DNA of 64,000 bases from a virus (taxonomy: Duplodnaviria; Caudoviricetes): IMG/VR virus record IMGVR_UViG_3300028048_000097, positions 1 to 64,000 of that record; one strand, written 5' to 3'. Within the stretch, counting starts at the first letter, position 1. Each line of letters opens with the position of its first letter. Below the pieces are notes generated by a model, which saw only the letters and a list, made by a program, of their open reading frames with translations, ran no database searches and was not told the origin of the DNA. Below, piece after piece: positions 1 through 13,100 of the stretch. The position numbers were made by a program, and so were the translations under genes.

Positions 1-1161
1 ACAGGAGGCGATGACATTGCACTCAATGGACTTTCTAATATGTTTGCAAAACCAGAAGCGTATAATATTTTACCTTTCAAAAATTATGATACCGATGATG
101 GTAAGCCAGAATTAGTTTCTTTCTTTATACCAGCTCATAAGTTTGCATTAACCTCAGAATATCTAGACAAGCGGGGAGTAACAAATCATATAGAGTTTAA
201 AAAATTTTATATAGCTCAGCGTGAAAAATTAACAGATAAAGACTTCTTAAATGAATGTGCAGAACACTGTTTTACACCTCGTGAAGCATTATCTAAACAT
301 GGTGATAATATATTTGATTCTGTAGTAATATCAGAACGAATGATTCAAATAAAAGTTCATGGAGATTATATTAAACCAAAACCAATGGCTTTGTTTTGAG
401 ATAATGCATCTGGAGTAAAAAAAGTTAGAGCTGCTGAACATCCTGATTCTAAATTATTAGTAGTAGAACCTCCTGTACTAGATGAACAAGGTCAACCTTT
501 TAAAAACTTATATGTAGCAGGTATAGATGCTATTGATATGGGTAAAGCAGAATCTGCAACAGATTATGATGTATCTGATTTTTGCGTTGTGATTAAGAAA
601 CGTCAATTTGGGCAAAATCCTCCTAAATATGTAGCTATCTATAAAGATAGACCAAATAATATACGTGAAGCCTTTGAAATTACAATGCGACTTTTAGTAT
701 GATATAACTGTAAAGCGTTACTTGAACAAACTAAGTTTTCAATTCAAACTTATTTTAAAGAACATAATATGGGACATTATTTTATGCCTCGACCTAAAGT
801 TGCTTTAGCAGGAGGAATAAGAAATCCTAAAAAACAATTAATGGGTTTACAAGCTACACCAGCTATGATTCAGCATGGTCTTGAATTGATACAAAACTTT
901 TTAAATGATTATTGATATACTATTGATTTTGAAGATATGTTAGATGAGTTATTAAACTATTCATATGAAAACAAACGTAAATTTGATATGATTGCTGCAA
1001 TGATATGCGCAGAAATTGGTGATGAAGATATGACTGGTTTAAGTCCAACTGTTCTAAATACTATTAAAAATCAATGAAGAGATATAGGTTATTATATTGA
1101 CGAAAATGGTTATAGACGTTGAGGAGTGATACCAAATGACAGAAATTGAAAAGCAAATTAA
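1..1161 (+). CDS. terL: Terminase large subunit, C-terminal part (RNase H-like nuclease domain); 5' truncated by the window; TGA=Trp
   Basis: Frame 1 continues through TGAs to TAA at 1159-1161. It contains TGGD, YVAGIDAID, SDFCVVIKKR, ALLEQTK and KRKFDMIAA, typical of crAss-like TerL, and lies just upstream of the portal. Confidence 0.9.
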
Positions 1162-1420
1162 GGAAATTATTGAGGAGGTTATTGATGGTAAGTATATTGG
1201 AAAACTTAGAGTTATTACTGAACCGATTAATGACAGTACGTTATGAATGTTACTCCTCTATTTAGATTTAGAAATGACCCCAATGATTCTAGCGCATGAA
1301 GGCACAGAAGAAGAATTTAAAGAATTTATTAGAAAAGAAATAAAGTCTCGAAAACTTCAAACTGTTAAATTCTGAAAGGCAAATCTAGAGTTCGTTGGAC
1401 AAAATTGTATAAAGGACTAA
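1136..1420 (+). CDS. Small hypothetical protein (94 aa) between terminase and portal; TGA=Trp
   Basis: ATG at 1136 (MTEIEKQIKEIIEEVIDGKYIGKL...), two internal TGAs, TAA at 1418-1420 immediately before the portal ATG. Confidence 0.75.
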
Positions 1421-1421
1421 A

Positions 1422-4400
1422 ATGAATAAAGACAAGGAAATCGAAAAGATTAATCAATGTATAAACGATTTAATTTACGATAAAGTCCAATTAAAAAAAG
1501 CATATAATTATTATCATTGTATTCGTGATGCGGAACAATTTAAGCATCTTGAAGATAATTATGGAATTGGGACACCAACTTCAGTTACATTTACTCCATT
1601 AATCAAGAAACATATAGATGTCCTTGTCGGAGAATATTTAGAGTTAGACCCTGATTTACAGATATCTTGCAAAGATGAGAAAACTGTTTCAGATATAATG
1701 CGTGATAAACAGTTAAAAATTCATGCTGCTGTTTTTGAACGCTTTAAACAAAAACTTCAAAATGCAATTATTCAAGTTTTACTAGAAAATAAAGAAGTAG
1801 TAAATGATCCGTTTTTTGATCAAGAAATAGCAAGGCTTAAAAAAGAAGTTTCTGATAACTATGTATCTGAATATGAGATTGCTGCGCAGAATATATTAAA
1901 TTATATTAAAAATTCACGTGATATTGATTTAAAAAATAAGATGCGTGAATTGCTTACTGACTTATTAATAGCTGGAGTATGTTATTATCGAGTTAGACCT
2001 TCTGGAGGTAAAAATAATCTAAGGCTGGAAATACTAAATCCATTAGATACTTTTATTGAAAGAAATCATAATGACTTTTACTTAAATCGTTCACCTAGAG
2101 CTTTTACTAGACGTTGGTTAACTATAGATCAGATCTTAAATGAATATGATGAAGAGCTTACATCTGAAGCTCGTAATATATTAATTAATAATACACATCC
2201 TAGTAATAGAGATAACCGGCACATTTATGTTAGAGCAGCTGCTGGTGATGGTTTTAATAAAATACCTCGTGGACAATCACCTGGTTTACTAGGAGGTTTA
2301 GAAGTTTGTCCTATTAGAGAGGTTGTCGATCCCTATTATAACTACAATGCCAATTTATTACCTGTATATGAGTGCGAATGAATTGAATATGAAAAAGATA
2401 AATTAGTTCGTCATGAAGGTATTAAAATTGGAGAAGAAGTTTATATAGTACGTGGGGAATCCGAAAATGTAGTTAGAAGTGTGTCTAATCCAAAAGATTG
2501 TACTTTATCAATAAACGGAATCTTTTTTGCAGACAAAAATGGAGCACCTTTTAGTTTGATTGTAAATACTATGGACTTACAGGATTAAGATAATGGTCCT
2601 GTCTAAATCCCGTGAATTGCTGGAAAGCTAAAACTTTATGTCATGCTAATCAGCAGCCAAGCCTTATTTAAGGAAGGTTCAACGACTATTATGTAGAATT
2701 CAAGCGAATTCGAAGCGCGGGAATATTATAAAACAACGTAAATTAAAAAATAAGTAGTTATGCCTAAAAATAGACTTAATGAAGTTGAGTACAAACAAAA
2801 AGTAAATGATCTCTATAATGGAGATATTGAAGTTATAGGAAGATATAAAAATTTATCTTCTCCAATATTAGTAAAAGATAAATACGGAGTTTTACAATTA
2901 AAACAAGCCAATTTTATATTTAGTGCAAGACCTACTATAAAATGTGCTTTAAATAAAACTGAGTATTTTATGAATCAATTGAGAGATAAATATCCTGAAA
3001 TTGCCAAAAAAATTAAGCCGGTTTCTGAATATATTGCAATGAAAGAAGATATGTTATTTGAAACTAAATATGGTATAGTATCAACTTATCCTGATGCTCT
3101 AATGGCTGGGCATGAGCCTAATGTTAGAAGCGCTATAAATAGAAAAGAATATATGAGAAATCAGTTAAGGATGCTATATGATTATAAATACGATTTTATT
3201 ATTCACTCTACTAACCGACATGAAGGTAAGTGCACTTTAATATGCCCAATTCATGGAGAAGTTGAAATTGATAATGATTATGTATTTGAAGGCTGTGGAT
3301 GTATAAAATGTAATACAAATTGAACAAAAAGTGATACTTTGTACGTTATAAAATTAACAAATGAATTTGAATCTTTTTATAAATTAGGTATTACATATAT
3401 AAAAAATGGAAATCCTCGAAGATATAGAGATTATAAAAAAATGGGTTATCAAGTTGATGAATTGTACTTACATACTTATAACTCTTATACCGAATGCTGA
3501 GAAAAAGAATTTGAACTAAAACAATTAATTAAACCTTTTCTTTATCAACCAAAAATTTGAGAAAACGATAGTTCAACAGAATGCTTCGGTAAAAATTTAT
3601 TAGACGTTGTTATTGAAAATTTATAATATATGATATAGTCTGATCTCATATGAAAATATGAGCTGCATATGCGGGTGCAAAATAGCGAATTGCACTGAAC
3701 AAAATACATTATGATTTAACCTTATTCTATAGAGATAGTTTAATTGCTAATAGTGGTACATTAGGTGATTGAGTTGATGTAAATCACTTGCCTGTATTTT
3801 TAGGAGAAGAATTACCTGAAAGATTACAAAAATGACTTGCTTATAAGAAGCAAGGAATGGGTTTATTTGATTCTTCTCAAGAAGGAGCTCAACTATTAAA
3901 TACTACATTTAATGGATTTGACGATACACTTAAAGCTCAAATGATTCAAGCTTTTGACTTAGTACTACAAAGTATAGAAAATCAAGCTAGTTCTATTACT
4001 GGTGTATTTGCAGAAAAACTTGGAGGTATTCAACAAAGAGACGCTGTTAGTAATGTAAAAGTTGGTATTAGACAATCTACTTTACTAACTAAACAGTATT
4101 TTTCTGCAATGGACTTACTATATAAAGAGGTAAATTATGATTTGTTAAATCTTGCTAAAATAGTATACAAAAAAGGTATTTGCGGTACATTAATTAATGG
4201 TAATAAATTAAATCAAATATTTACAGCATTGCCTAAATATTATACAATGACTGATTTTGATATTCATATTCAAGATAGTACTGAATTATTTCAAGCAAAA
4301 GAAAATCTTCGTGCATCTAGTATGGAACTTATTAAAGCTGGTCAGGCAGATCCAACAATGATAGTAAATATCATGCTTGCTAAAAATATAACAGAACTTC

Positions 4401-4741
4401 GTAATTATATTTCTGACGCTGTTAAAACTCAGAAAGAAGAAAATAATACTATTGGTCAGTTACAGCAGCAAGCACAAGAATTGCAGCAACAGGTTCAACA
4501 ACTTAGTAAACAAGCTAATCAACTTCAAGAAGAAAATAATAATCTTAAGAAACAGCTTGAAAAGAATAGTAATGCTAAGATTGAAATTGAACGTCAAAGA
4601 GTTGCAATTGAAGAACAAGAAATGAGAAACAAGAAGGAGTACGATGATCGTATTGCAAAAGCAAAAGAACGTCAAGTTGATGTTGAGTTTTTACAATTAT
4701 CTGACGGTAATCCTTATAACGATAAAGTAAAAGACTTATAA
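1422..4741 (+). CDS. Portal protein, spliced (exons 1422-2585 and about 3707-4741, about 732 aa)
   Basis: Follows terL. Motifs FTPLIKKHIDVLVGEYL and ITGVFAEKLGGIQQRDAVSNVKVGI, plus a C-terminal Q-rich coiled-coil barrel. The exon junction reads ...MDLQD|HYDLTLFYRDSLIANSG. Confidence 0.9.
2586..3706 (+). mobile_element. Group I self-splicing intron in the portal gene, carrying an endonuclease ORF
   Basis: The 5' exon ends in U (caggat). The IGS gtcctg (2596-2601) forms P1 with a U-G pair, and ataatg (2590-2595) pairs with the 3' exon cattat (P10). Core elements: gtgaattgctggaa, aatcagcag, ttcaacgacta (2678-2688) and gatatagtctg (3632-3642). Confidence 0.92.
2760..3626 (+). CDS. Intron-encoded putative homing endonuclease (288 aa): repeats, Zn-finger, C-terminal GIY-YIG-like domain; TGA=Trp
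   Basis: The ORF reads through TGA at 3321 to TAA at 3624-3626. It has a CPIHG...GCGCIKC zinc motif followed by LYVIKL...FYKLGIT...R...E, and lies inside the intron between the R and S elements. Confidence 0.75.
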
Positions 4742-4742
4742 T

Positions 4743-5453
4743 ATGGATAGTAGACTTTTTATGGAAATTGGCATTGATAATAATGGCGATTTGTATGTAG
4801 TTGATCAGTCTCCTTATGAACGTTGAATTGAAGAAGCTCAACCAGATCTTAATCATGTTGTATATGAAAGAGTTATTGAATTCTCAGAGGATGATGAAAA
4901 ATTAACAATTGTTGCTCAAAATATAAGTAATGCCGATTCTATTAATACTTTAAAAGCTGATAAAGTTTTTGAATTGCCTAGAGATGGATTTTATCACTAC
5001 CAAAAAATTATAGTTCCTGTTCGTGATCATAGAGGAAGCTCTGATGTATATTCAGATGGAGTTAATTTGTTTTTATATGATGAAGACGGAGAACATGAAA
5101 TTGATTTTACAACAGCATTTGATTATGTAAATGATGTAAATACAGGAAATGCTTTTTGATTCGACGATTATGTCTTTAGTATTTATAATTTAATTAAATG
5201 CTATGTTCTTACTGAAAAGCAACGTATCGCAAACTGATTAAAAAATAACTGTAAAGCTGATTGCGATATTGTTTCTAGTATTAATACAAAAGCTGATATT
5301 TTAATGGCTGCTGTCACAGTACTTACTTATTTGATATCTAATAGACAATTTTTGGAAGCCTATAGATTGTTAAACGGTTTACGTACATGTAATAGTTTAT
5401 GTGAAGATTTTATTGATGATATAAAAGGATGCGGTTGTGGAAAATCTGTATAA
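4743..5453 (+). CDS. Conserved crAss-like virion protein with Cys-rich C-terminus; TGA=Trp
   Basis: ATG at 4743, same frame as track ORF 4974. It ends ...CNSLCEDFIDDIKGCGCGKSV with TAA at 5451-5453. Confidence 0.75.
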
Positions 5454-5628
5454 ACGTTTATATAATTTATTAAAACAAGAGATAGCCGATTTAAACATCG
5501 GCTATCCTTATAATGAAGCCAGATTAAGGCAAATGAGAGAACTTTGCCACGTTATTATGTATTTAAAATATGTAGAAGTGGGAAGTACGGATCCTATGCA
5601 AATTTTCCAATTCTATGACAACTTATAA
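5437..5628 (+). CDS. Small hypothetical protein (63 aa)
   Basis: Track ORF with a GTG start that overlaps both neighbouring genes in coupled fashion. Confidence 0.6.
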   Translation: MENLYKRLYNLLKQEIADLNIGYPYNEARLRQMRELCHVIMYLKYVEVGSTDPMQIFQFYDNL

Positions 5629-8600
5629 TAAACTTCCATATTCAAATCAATTTGAGAGAGGCCATTCTTTTAATTGAGCAGGTCATTGGAAAGAAGGTAA
5701 ATATTACTATAACGATTCTTACGTTACTGATTTTGTAGTGTACAATAATGCAGTTCTTGTATGTAGAAAGAATCATATGTCGTCAAGTGAATTGGAACCA
5801 AAAATAATATATATTGATGGTAAAATTTCAGATGTAGATTCTTCTTATTGAGAATTTGTTTTAGGATTAGATAATAAAGGTATTGTGTCTTCTTCATCAT
5901 ATATTTCTTCAGCAACAGAAGAAGACAAAGCATTGGACGATTCTGTTGTAATTGGAGAACCTTATCTTAAAATTATTTATTTATCTGGAGCATACGCTTA
6001 TATTCCAGCTAAAGATTTAGCAATTGGCATTAATGTAGGTTTACCTATGATGACACAACAAATGCTAGATTATTTACCTGAAGAAAGTGCTGTTGATGAT
6101 TATGTTTTAATACCGGATGAAACAGATATTACAGATAATGGATTAGGTGGAACTTACTTAAATATATTATTTTCTGCAATTAGAAAACTACAGGCGGAAG
6201 TTGTAAGATTAAAAAATTCATTTCGATTTGGAATAGATTCTTATACCGGAACTGATACAGTATCATCGGAAATAGTTAGTGAATATTCTAGTATTCAAGA
6301 AGACGAACCTTTATGATCTATAGAAGAAGATGATTTATCGGAAATATCGGATGCTACAATTGATTTTGAAGATCCTTTTATTCAATTAGAACCTAGATCT
6401 GCTATAAATTATGATAGTACAGGATATGCTGAAATATTAACTAGTGCATCTACAACTGAAGCAATTTCAAACGCATACAAAGAAATAACAGATACAAAAA
6501 TTTTTTTATATCTTACTGTAGATAAGCCAAATATAATTATAAATTTAAAAGAACGGTTTGATTTAAATTCTGATATTAGTATTGATTTAAATTCAATTGT
6601 TAGCAATTATAATACATTAAACGAAAAGTATAATATTTGTATTCTTGTTTCTAGGAAAATGTTATTAGAAGAAGATAATACAGAATATGGCAAAAACTAT
6701 ATATGAATTTCAATTGGTTATTTTAATACTAATAGAATAATTAAAGAAGGTTATTATAATTTATATACTAATTCTTTACAAAAGAATTTATATGAAATTA
6801 GTGGTAAATATTATATAAATTCGGTTACGTTTAATAGCTTATCTATTTATAAATTTAACGCATATTCTAAATATCAAGATTTTAGTCATGAGGTTATTCA
6901 AAGCCAACCTGATGACAGTGGATATAAATATAGAGCTGCCCATATTACAATTAGAGCTGTAAAATCATTAAGTGAATTAGAATCTATAACAGATAGACTT
7001 CAAATTAACGAATTGGTATGACAAGATGATCAAAATATATTATGAATTAACGGAAAAAATGGCCCAGTTCCTATAAGTGGGTCTAGCATTAAACCTGATA
7101 GTGGTATGACAGAACAAGAAATGATTGATAAATTGGAGGAACTTGGCATTGTATATATTGATAATAACGGATTACAATTATCAAATATTTCAGACGTTAC
7201 CTTCATTAATAGTGATACAAATAAGAAATTTAAATTTACTGTAGATTCAGAAGGAAATTTAAATAGTCAAGAATTACCGGCTTCTACATTAGCAAATAGA
7301 GTAGCATCTCTATCTCCTGAATTAAGTACAAATGAAGAAATAAGAGGTTTTGTTGCAAAATTATTTGCTACTGAAAATAATATAAATCCTACTACTGGTG
7401 GCGATTTAAAGTTAAATTCGGATAGAATTAAAATAGGAGCTATTTATGCGCCATTAGTGGGAGATACTAAATTTGGATGCTCTCATGGATATATAGAACT
7501 AGAAAATACATCTGATAAAGATTTTCCTTTAGAAGGATGTTATTTACATTATGTGCATCCTAATGAAACAAACGATTCTATTTTTGATTGTGAACATTTG
7601 GCTTTAGACGGAATTCTTCCTGCATGAGGTACATATTTAATTAGATGTAAAAAATATGCAGATCCTGAGTTAGATGAAGATGTGTTTATTAATGTAAATT
7701 CTTTTGATAAAGAATGATACATAAACGGAGAATTATTAGATTTAACTCACAATACAACAGCTTTTTATGGATTTGCATTAACTTATGGTAACGAAGTAAA
7801 TGGAAGTGAGGTTGGAGCAGCAACTGTATTTAAAAAATCTAATAGCGCTGACACAAAAGCTCCATATTTTTATGTATATAATTTTATAGATGCAATTTTC
7901 TTTAATAAACACCCTGCTACTACAGCAGGAACATGAGGTAAAAATACTTGTAGTTCATACAGCAATACTATAACAAAAAATACATTTGAACTTGACCCGG
8001 CAAAGCAAGCATATCAAGCTTTAACACAATATGATAGTTCTAGAATAAGATTAGATAATGTTACAAATGATATTCAATATTTAAATTTAGATAAAGAATA
8101 TATCGAATTTCCTAATTCTGATGATAAATATCCTGTAAATTTATTTACTCCAAAATCATCAAAAGAACATAAAAATGTTTCTGTTGACAAAACAAAATTA
8201 GATAAAAATAAACCAAATATGGTTACTTGTTCTTTTGGTATAGATATATATACTACAAGAACTTTTAATTGAATATCTTGTGGAGAATTCGATGAATACG
8301 TTTTTATAAAAAATGGTGAAAATAATTGATTAAAGTTCGAATCTTATAAATCTGGAGATGAAAATAAAACAATGTCATCGGAAAATATTGCAAGAAAAGA
8401 ATTTGGTTCAGTAGCGATAAATAGTATTTATAAAAGAATTGTAGGTAATTTTCCAGGAGACGGAACCCATTATACTTCTCATAAATGTATAATACAATTT
8501 AATTTTGGATTACCGACAGATATAAAAACTGTATATACTTATATTGTTGGCAGAGCTGATAAAAATGGCAATCCTGATTTTGAACATTGTTCAGAAGAAT

Positions 8601-10123
8601 ATACTTTTACGTTGTATCCAACATCTTATACTCCTAGAATTTATCAAATTACAGATCAACAAGGTTTTCATTGAATTGAATATCAGGTATGAGCGGCGGC
8701 TGCAAATAAAATTAATGAACGTATAATATCGGATACGATTAATGAAAATATCATACCTATATTGATAAATACCGGAGATATGACTCAAAATGGTACTAGA
8801 ATCAATGAATGATTGGATTATTATAATGCTGGTAAAGTATTATTCAATCATCTGGAACAAATGAACGTTGTTGGAAACAATGATCTTTGTGATACAAATA
8901 TAAATATCTTAGGTACAGGTGACGATATTGGAAAATCAAATGGATATTATTTTCACGTATTTTATTGTTATGAAGTAAACGAAGATAATCTTCCTGTTAT
9001 TACTAGAGATAGTGATGAAGTAATAAAATATATACCGTCTTTATATTATTTTGATTCAAATAATTATCGTTTCATCATGATTAATAGCGAATTAACTTAT
9101 GAAAATTGTAATAATTGATTTGATAAGCATTATAATGGACAAGTAGTAAATGTTTATACAGGATGAGCTATACCGGTTTCTGGTAACTCTGCTGGATATT
9201 GTGATAATTTTACAACTATTTATACTATGATTTATCGTATGTTGAATACCAAAAATACGAAAAATGCAATAGCTGTTTGTCACGAAATGCCGTTTACTGT
9301 AATTACTAAGGATGGTTTAACAACGCAAGCAAATGTTTATGGAAACTATCGATCATTAAGCAAAGCAACTAACGGATTTAAAGCTTCTTTGGTTGGGAGC
9401 CATACAAATCAATTAACTGGAAGTGATATTAAAGCTCCACATTGATTAAGTCGATTATTTGAATACTTTCAAGTTAAACTTTGTATAGGTGGACATAAAC
9501 ATACATATGCTTGTACATATCCAATTAGAGAAAATTATTTTTATACTGTTAACGATACTGTAATAAATAGTGCTAGTGGTCCTATGCCTATGCAAGAAAC
9601 ATTAGAAAATGATAACACAAGTTGAATATATCCTGATGATTATGAAACAGAAGGATTGAGAGGGTATAACACAAGTAAAAAACCATATGTTAAAGGTCCT
9701 GTTGTATCAAGTGTTCCTGGAGATGGATATTTTTCACCAATGATAGTTGATAATAATTTAGAAGGTGGTGTTACATATTTTATGTGCCAGGCAACTGGAT
9801 ATAAATTAACCTCTAATAAAGAATTACCAAGTAATTATCAACATTTTTCCAAATTAATACCACAAACTGGTAAAAAAGCAAATGGCGATGATAAAGCAGA
9901 TGGAAACCAACAATATCCAATGTTTTCTATTATTAGTATGTCTGGAAATACATATTTAATTAAATTATTACGTATAACAGATATTAAAGATGATGCAAAC
10001 GATCATGTGTTTACGCAACAGCAATACGGAACAGGAACCCCCGCTTTTCAATATGCAACAGAAACATTAGATTCTAGATATTGTACTTGATCAACAACCG
10101 AAACAGCAATAATTTCAATATAA
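5615..10123 (+). CDS. Large (about 1502 aa) putative virion protein: N-terminal anchor domain, lamin-tail-like domain and calcineurin-like metallophosphoesterase (purple acid phosphatase-like); TGA=Trp
   Basis: Track ORFs 5885, 7106, 8372, 8813, 9227 and 9656 share one frame and are joined by TGAs. LTD-like YIELENTSDKDFPLEGCYL. Metallophosphoesterase motifs occur in order: ITDQQG, NTGDMTQNG, VVGNNDL, CHEMP, GGHKHTY. Confidence 0.8.
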
Positions 10124-10124
10124 T

Positions 10125-13100
10125 ATGAAAAGAAAAGGTAATATAAATGTAATTACTGATAACGATGTGATTGTTACCGGTGCATCAAATGCCGGTAACA
10201 ATCTTGATGTCGTTGTTGAAAAGATGAGTGAGGATATTTTAGATTTAAAAAGTCAATTAAAATGAACTCATAAATATGGTGCTGTAGGAAGCGGTTCTGG
10301 TGGTGGAGGAGGATCTCTTAAATGAAACCTTACTGCTACATTAGACGGACAACCAATTAGTTCTGGAAATATTATTAGTTTAAGTAATGGAGCCTCTACT
10401 TATTCTTTAAGAATTGCTGTATCAGGAGGTTCTTCAGAATATAATGTAACATACAATTATAATAATAATCCGCTTGTTGTTACATTATCTTCTAATAATA
10501 ATTGAAAAACAGAAATTCCAATTAAATTATCAGCAAATGGAAATATTACTATAGAAGTTACAGATAATATACAAATTAAAAATGTCTATGCATCTTATAT
10601 CGTCGTACCTTTTACATTTGGTGATTTACAACTTGTAAATGAAAATCTTGATAAATATCTAAGTAATGATATTTATATAGATCGTGCATCTGAAAATGGA
10701 TTATATATTAAATGTGATTATGATATTGTTGTAAACGCAGAATGTACATATACATGAACATTTATAGATGAAGAACCGATATCTGGCACAATCGAAAATA
10801 AAAATGGATATTTGCTATATCAAATTCCAGAAAAATATCTTGATGATGAATACGCAAATTCTTATAATGTTAAACTTTCTATTAGAATTTCTCCTGAAAA
10901 TCAAGAAGCTAGAATTATAAATAAAACTATTACATTTAACTTAATACCTTCTACAATTTATTTAAAATTGTTACCACAAGTTGGATTAATTTATGATTCT
11001 GAAATAGAGAGTGAAGATATATATAAATATAGCATTAATAGAGAAATTGCGTTTAGTTGTAGAATATATCAAGGCGTTAATCAATCTAGAGAATGTTCTG
11101 TAGTTTATTGAAAAGACGGCGATACAGAATCTGCGTTAACCCATAGAAGTAGAGAAGGTGAAACATTTACACTTAAAGTATCTTATGATACACCAGGTTG
11201 ACATAGTGTTACATTTCGTTACTCAATGGGTTCTTTTTCTGGAGAAGTTACTAAATATTTATATTGCCAAAAAGTAAGTTCAGATTATAATTGATTTAAA
11301 CCTAGTGTTGTTCCATCATTACAATATTTTTATAAAGGTTACGAAACTACAAAAACATTAGAAATTAATGAACCAATTACTACATCAAATATACAAGTTT
11401 ATCGTTCTAATGTAAACAATATTATATATCATTTTGGAACAAAACCAGATAATATTGGAAATATATTAATTAATATTGGAATTCAATATAGTGAAATTAA
11501 TAATACATCTGATCCTATATGTATTATTAGAAGTAATGAATACGTATCTACTAATGAATTTATTACTGTTTATCAAAACAAAATAGTATTTAGTGGAGTA
11601 TTTGGTGGACAAGAACAAAAATGTAATTTTTTCTTACATAAAGAAGAAAATTATAGCGCCGGTGATTTAGATAATTATCATTTAATAACAATAGCAATAT
11701 CTCCTGTTTATGAAGATTTGATTCAACAGCAAATTTATTATGAATATGAAATATATTTAGATGGTGTGTTGGAAGGTGCATTAAACATATGGCCAACCGC
11801 TGTAAAAATATTAGGACTTGTTGAATTTTGTCCTGGAAACTATTCTATTAATCATTTTTCTGTTGATTATTTTTATAACGGAGGTAGTGTAAGTAGTGTA
11901 CATGATTCAGATATTAATTATTACTATTATAGTTATTTAATTAAATCAAGAAATGATTTGGATGTAGTATCAGCAGAAGATACAAATGTTTTAAATTTTT
12001 TATATGACTCTAGTACTAATAAAGTTAATTACTATATGGATCATGATTTAGTTCATGTAGAAAATACTTTATATGATAATATTGCAAGAAACATAGAAAT
12101 ACCAACTTTAGTAGCAAGAGTATCTAAAATACAGGAAACTATACAAAATCAGCCAAGTATTTATGATTGAATTAATAGAAATTATACTCAAGATTCTACA
12201 GACGAACTTGCAAAAGCTAAAATAATACTTAACGAATTAAGATGGGGAAAAAATAAAACAGAAACTTCTGCTATAAATGTTCCGGATGGATTTAGTAATT
12301 ATCATTTTTATTTAAAATTACAAGGTTCATCTACAATGAACAATAAATCTAAAAACTTTACATTAGGTTTAGAAACTTCTGATGAAGGTGATCAAACAAT
12401 TTTGTTATTTTCTCCAAACTATCAAAGAGACGATTATAGTAGTTTTTTACATGAAACACAATTTACATTAAAAGCGGATGTTGTTGATTCTGCCCATACA
12501 AATAACGTAGCAATAGGACGTTTTGTTAATGAAAATAATAAATTTGATTATTATATAGGACAAAACGCTTCTTCTGATATATTAAAACATGTTAGACAAT
12601 GTTTGGACGGTTTTCCTATATTAATGTATTTAGAGGTTGTAGATGGAAGTAATGTGGATACTTATTATCTTGGTGTATATTCTTTCAACTTAGGACGAGA
12701 ATCTTATTTTAATTTAGGATATTGTGACTTAAGTCAGCTTAATCCAGATTATATAGATAATGCAACTAATACATCATTCTCGTTTACAACGGTTGGCTAT
12801 GGAGACCAAAAAGGTTTAAAACCATTAGATGGTTTTGCTGCTGCTGAGGTGCAGGATAATAGTAAGTATTGGGATTTTTCTCAATTTGATAATACAATTT
12901 TATTTCAACAAAATAATGAACGTGCTAATTTCATGTTTGGAGATATTGTAGCTGCAGATAATTCTGAAGCAACGACTAGTATTAAAAATTTTGTTGAATC
13001 TGTATCATTAGGTGGTGGATATTTATTTTCTGAAATGGGCAAAACATTTGAGGCTGTTAATAATGTGGAAAATCCAGAAGATATGTCTGTATTATATCAT

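Noticed and set aside
1-1161. Intein or intron in the terminase segment
   Set aside because: The frame is continuous with the expected nuclease motifs, and I saw no intein termini or group I core in the visible part.
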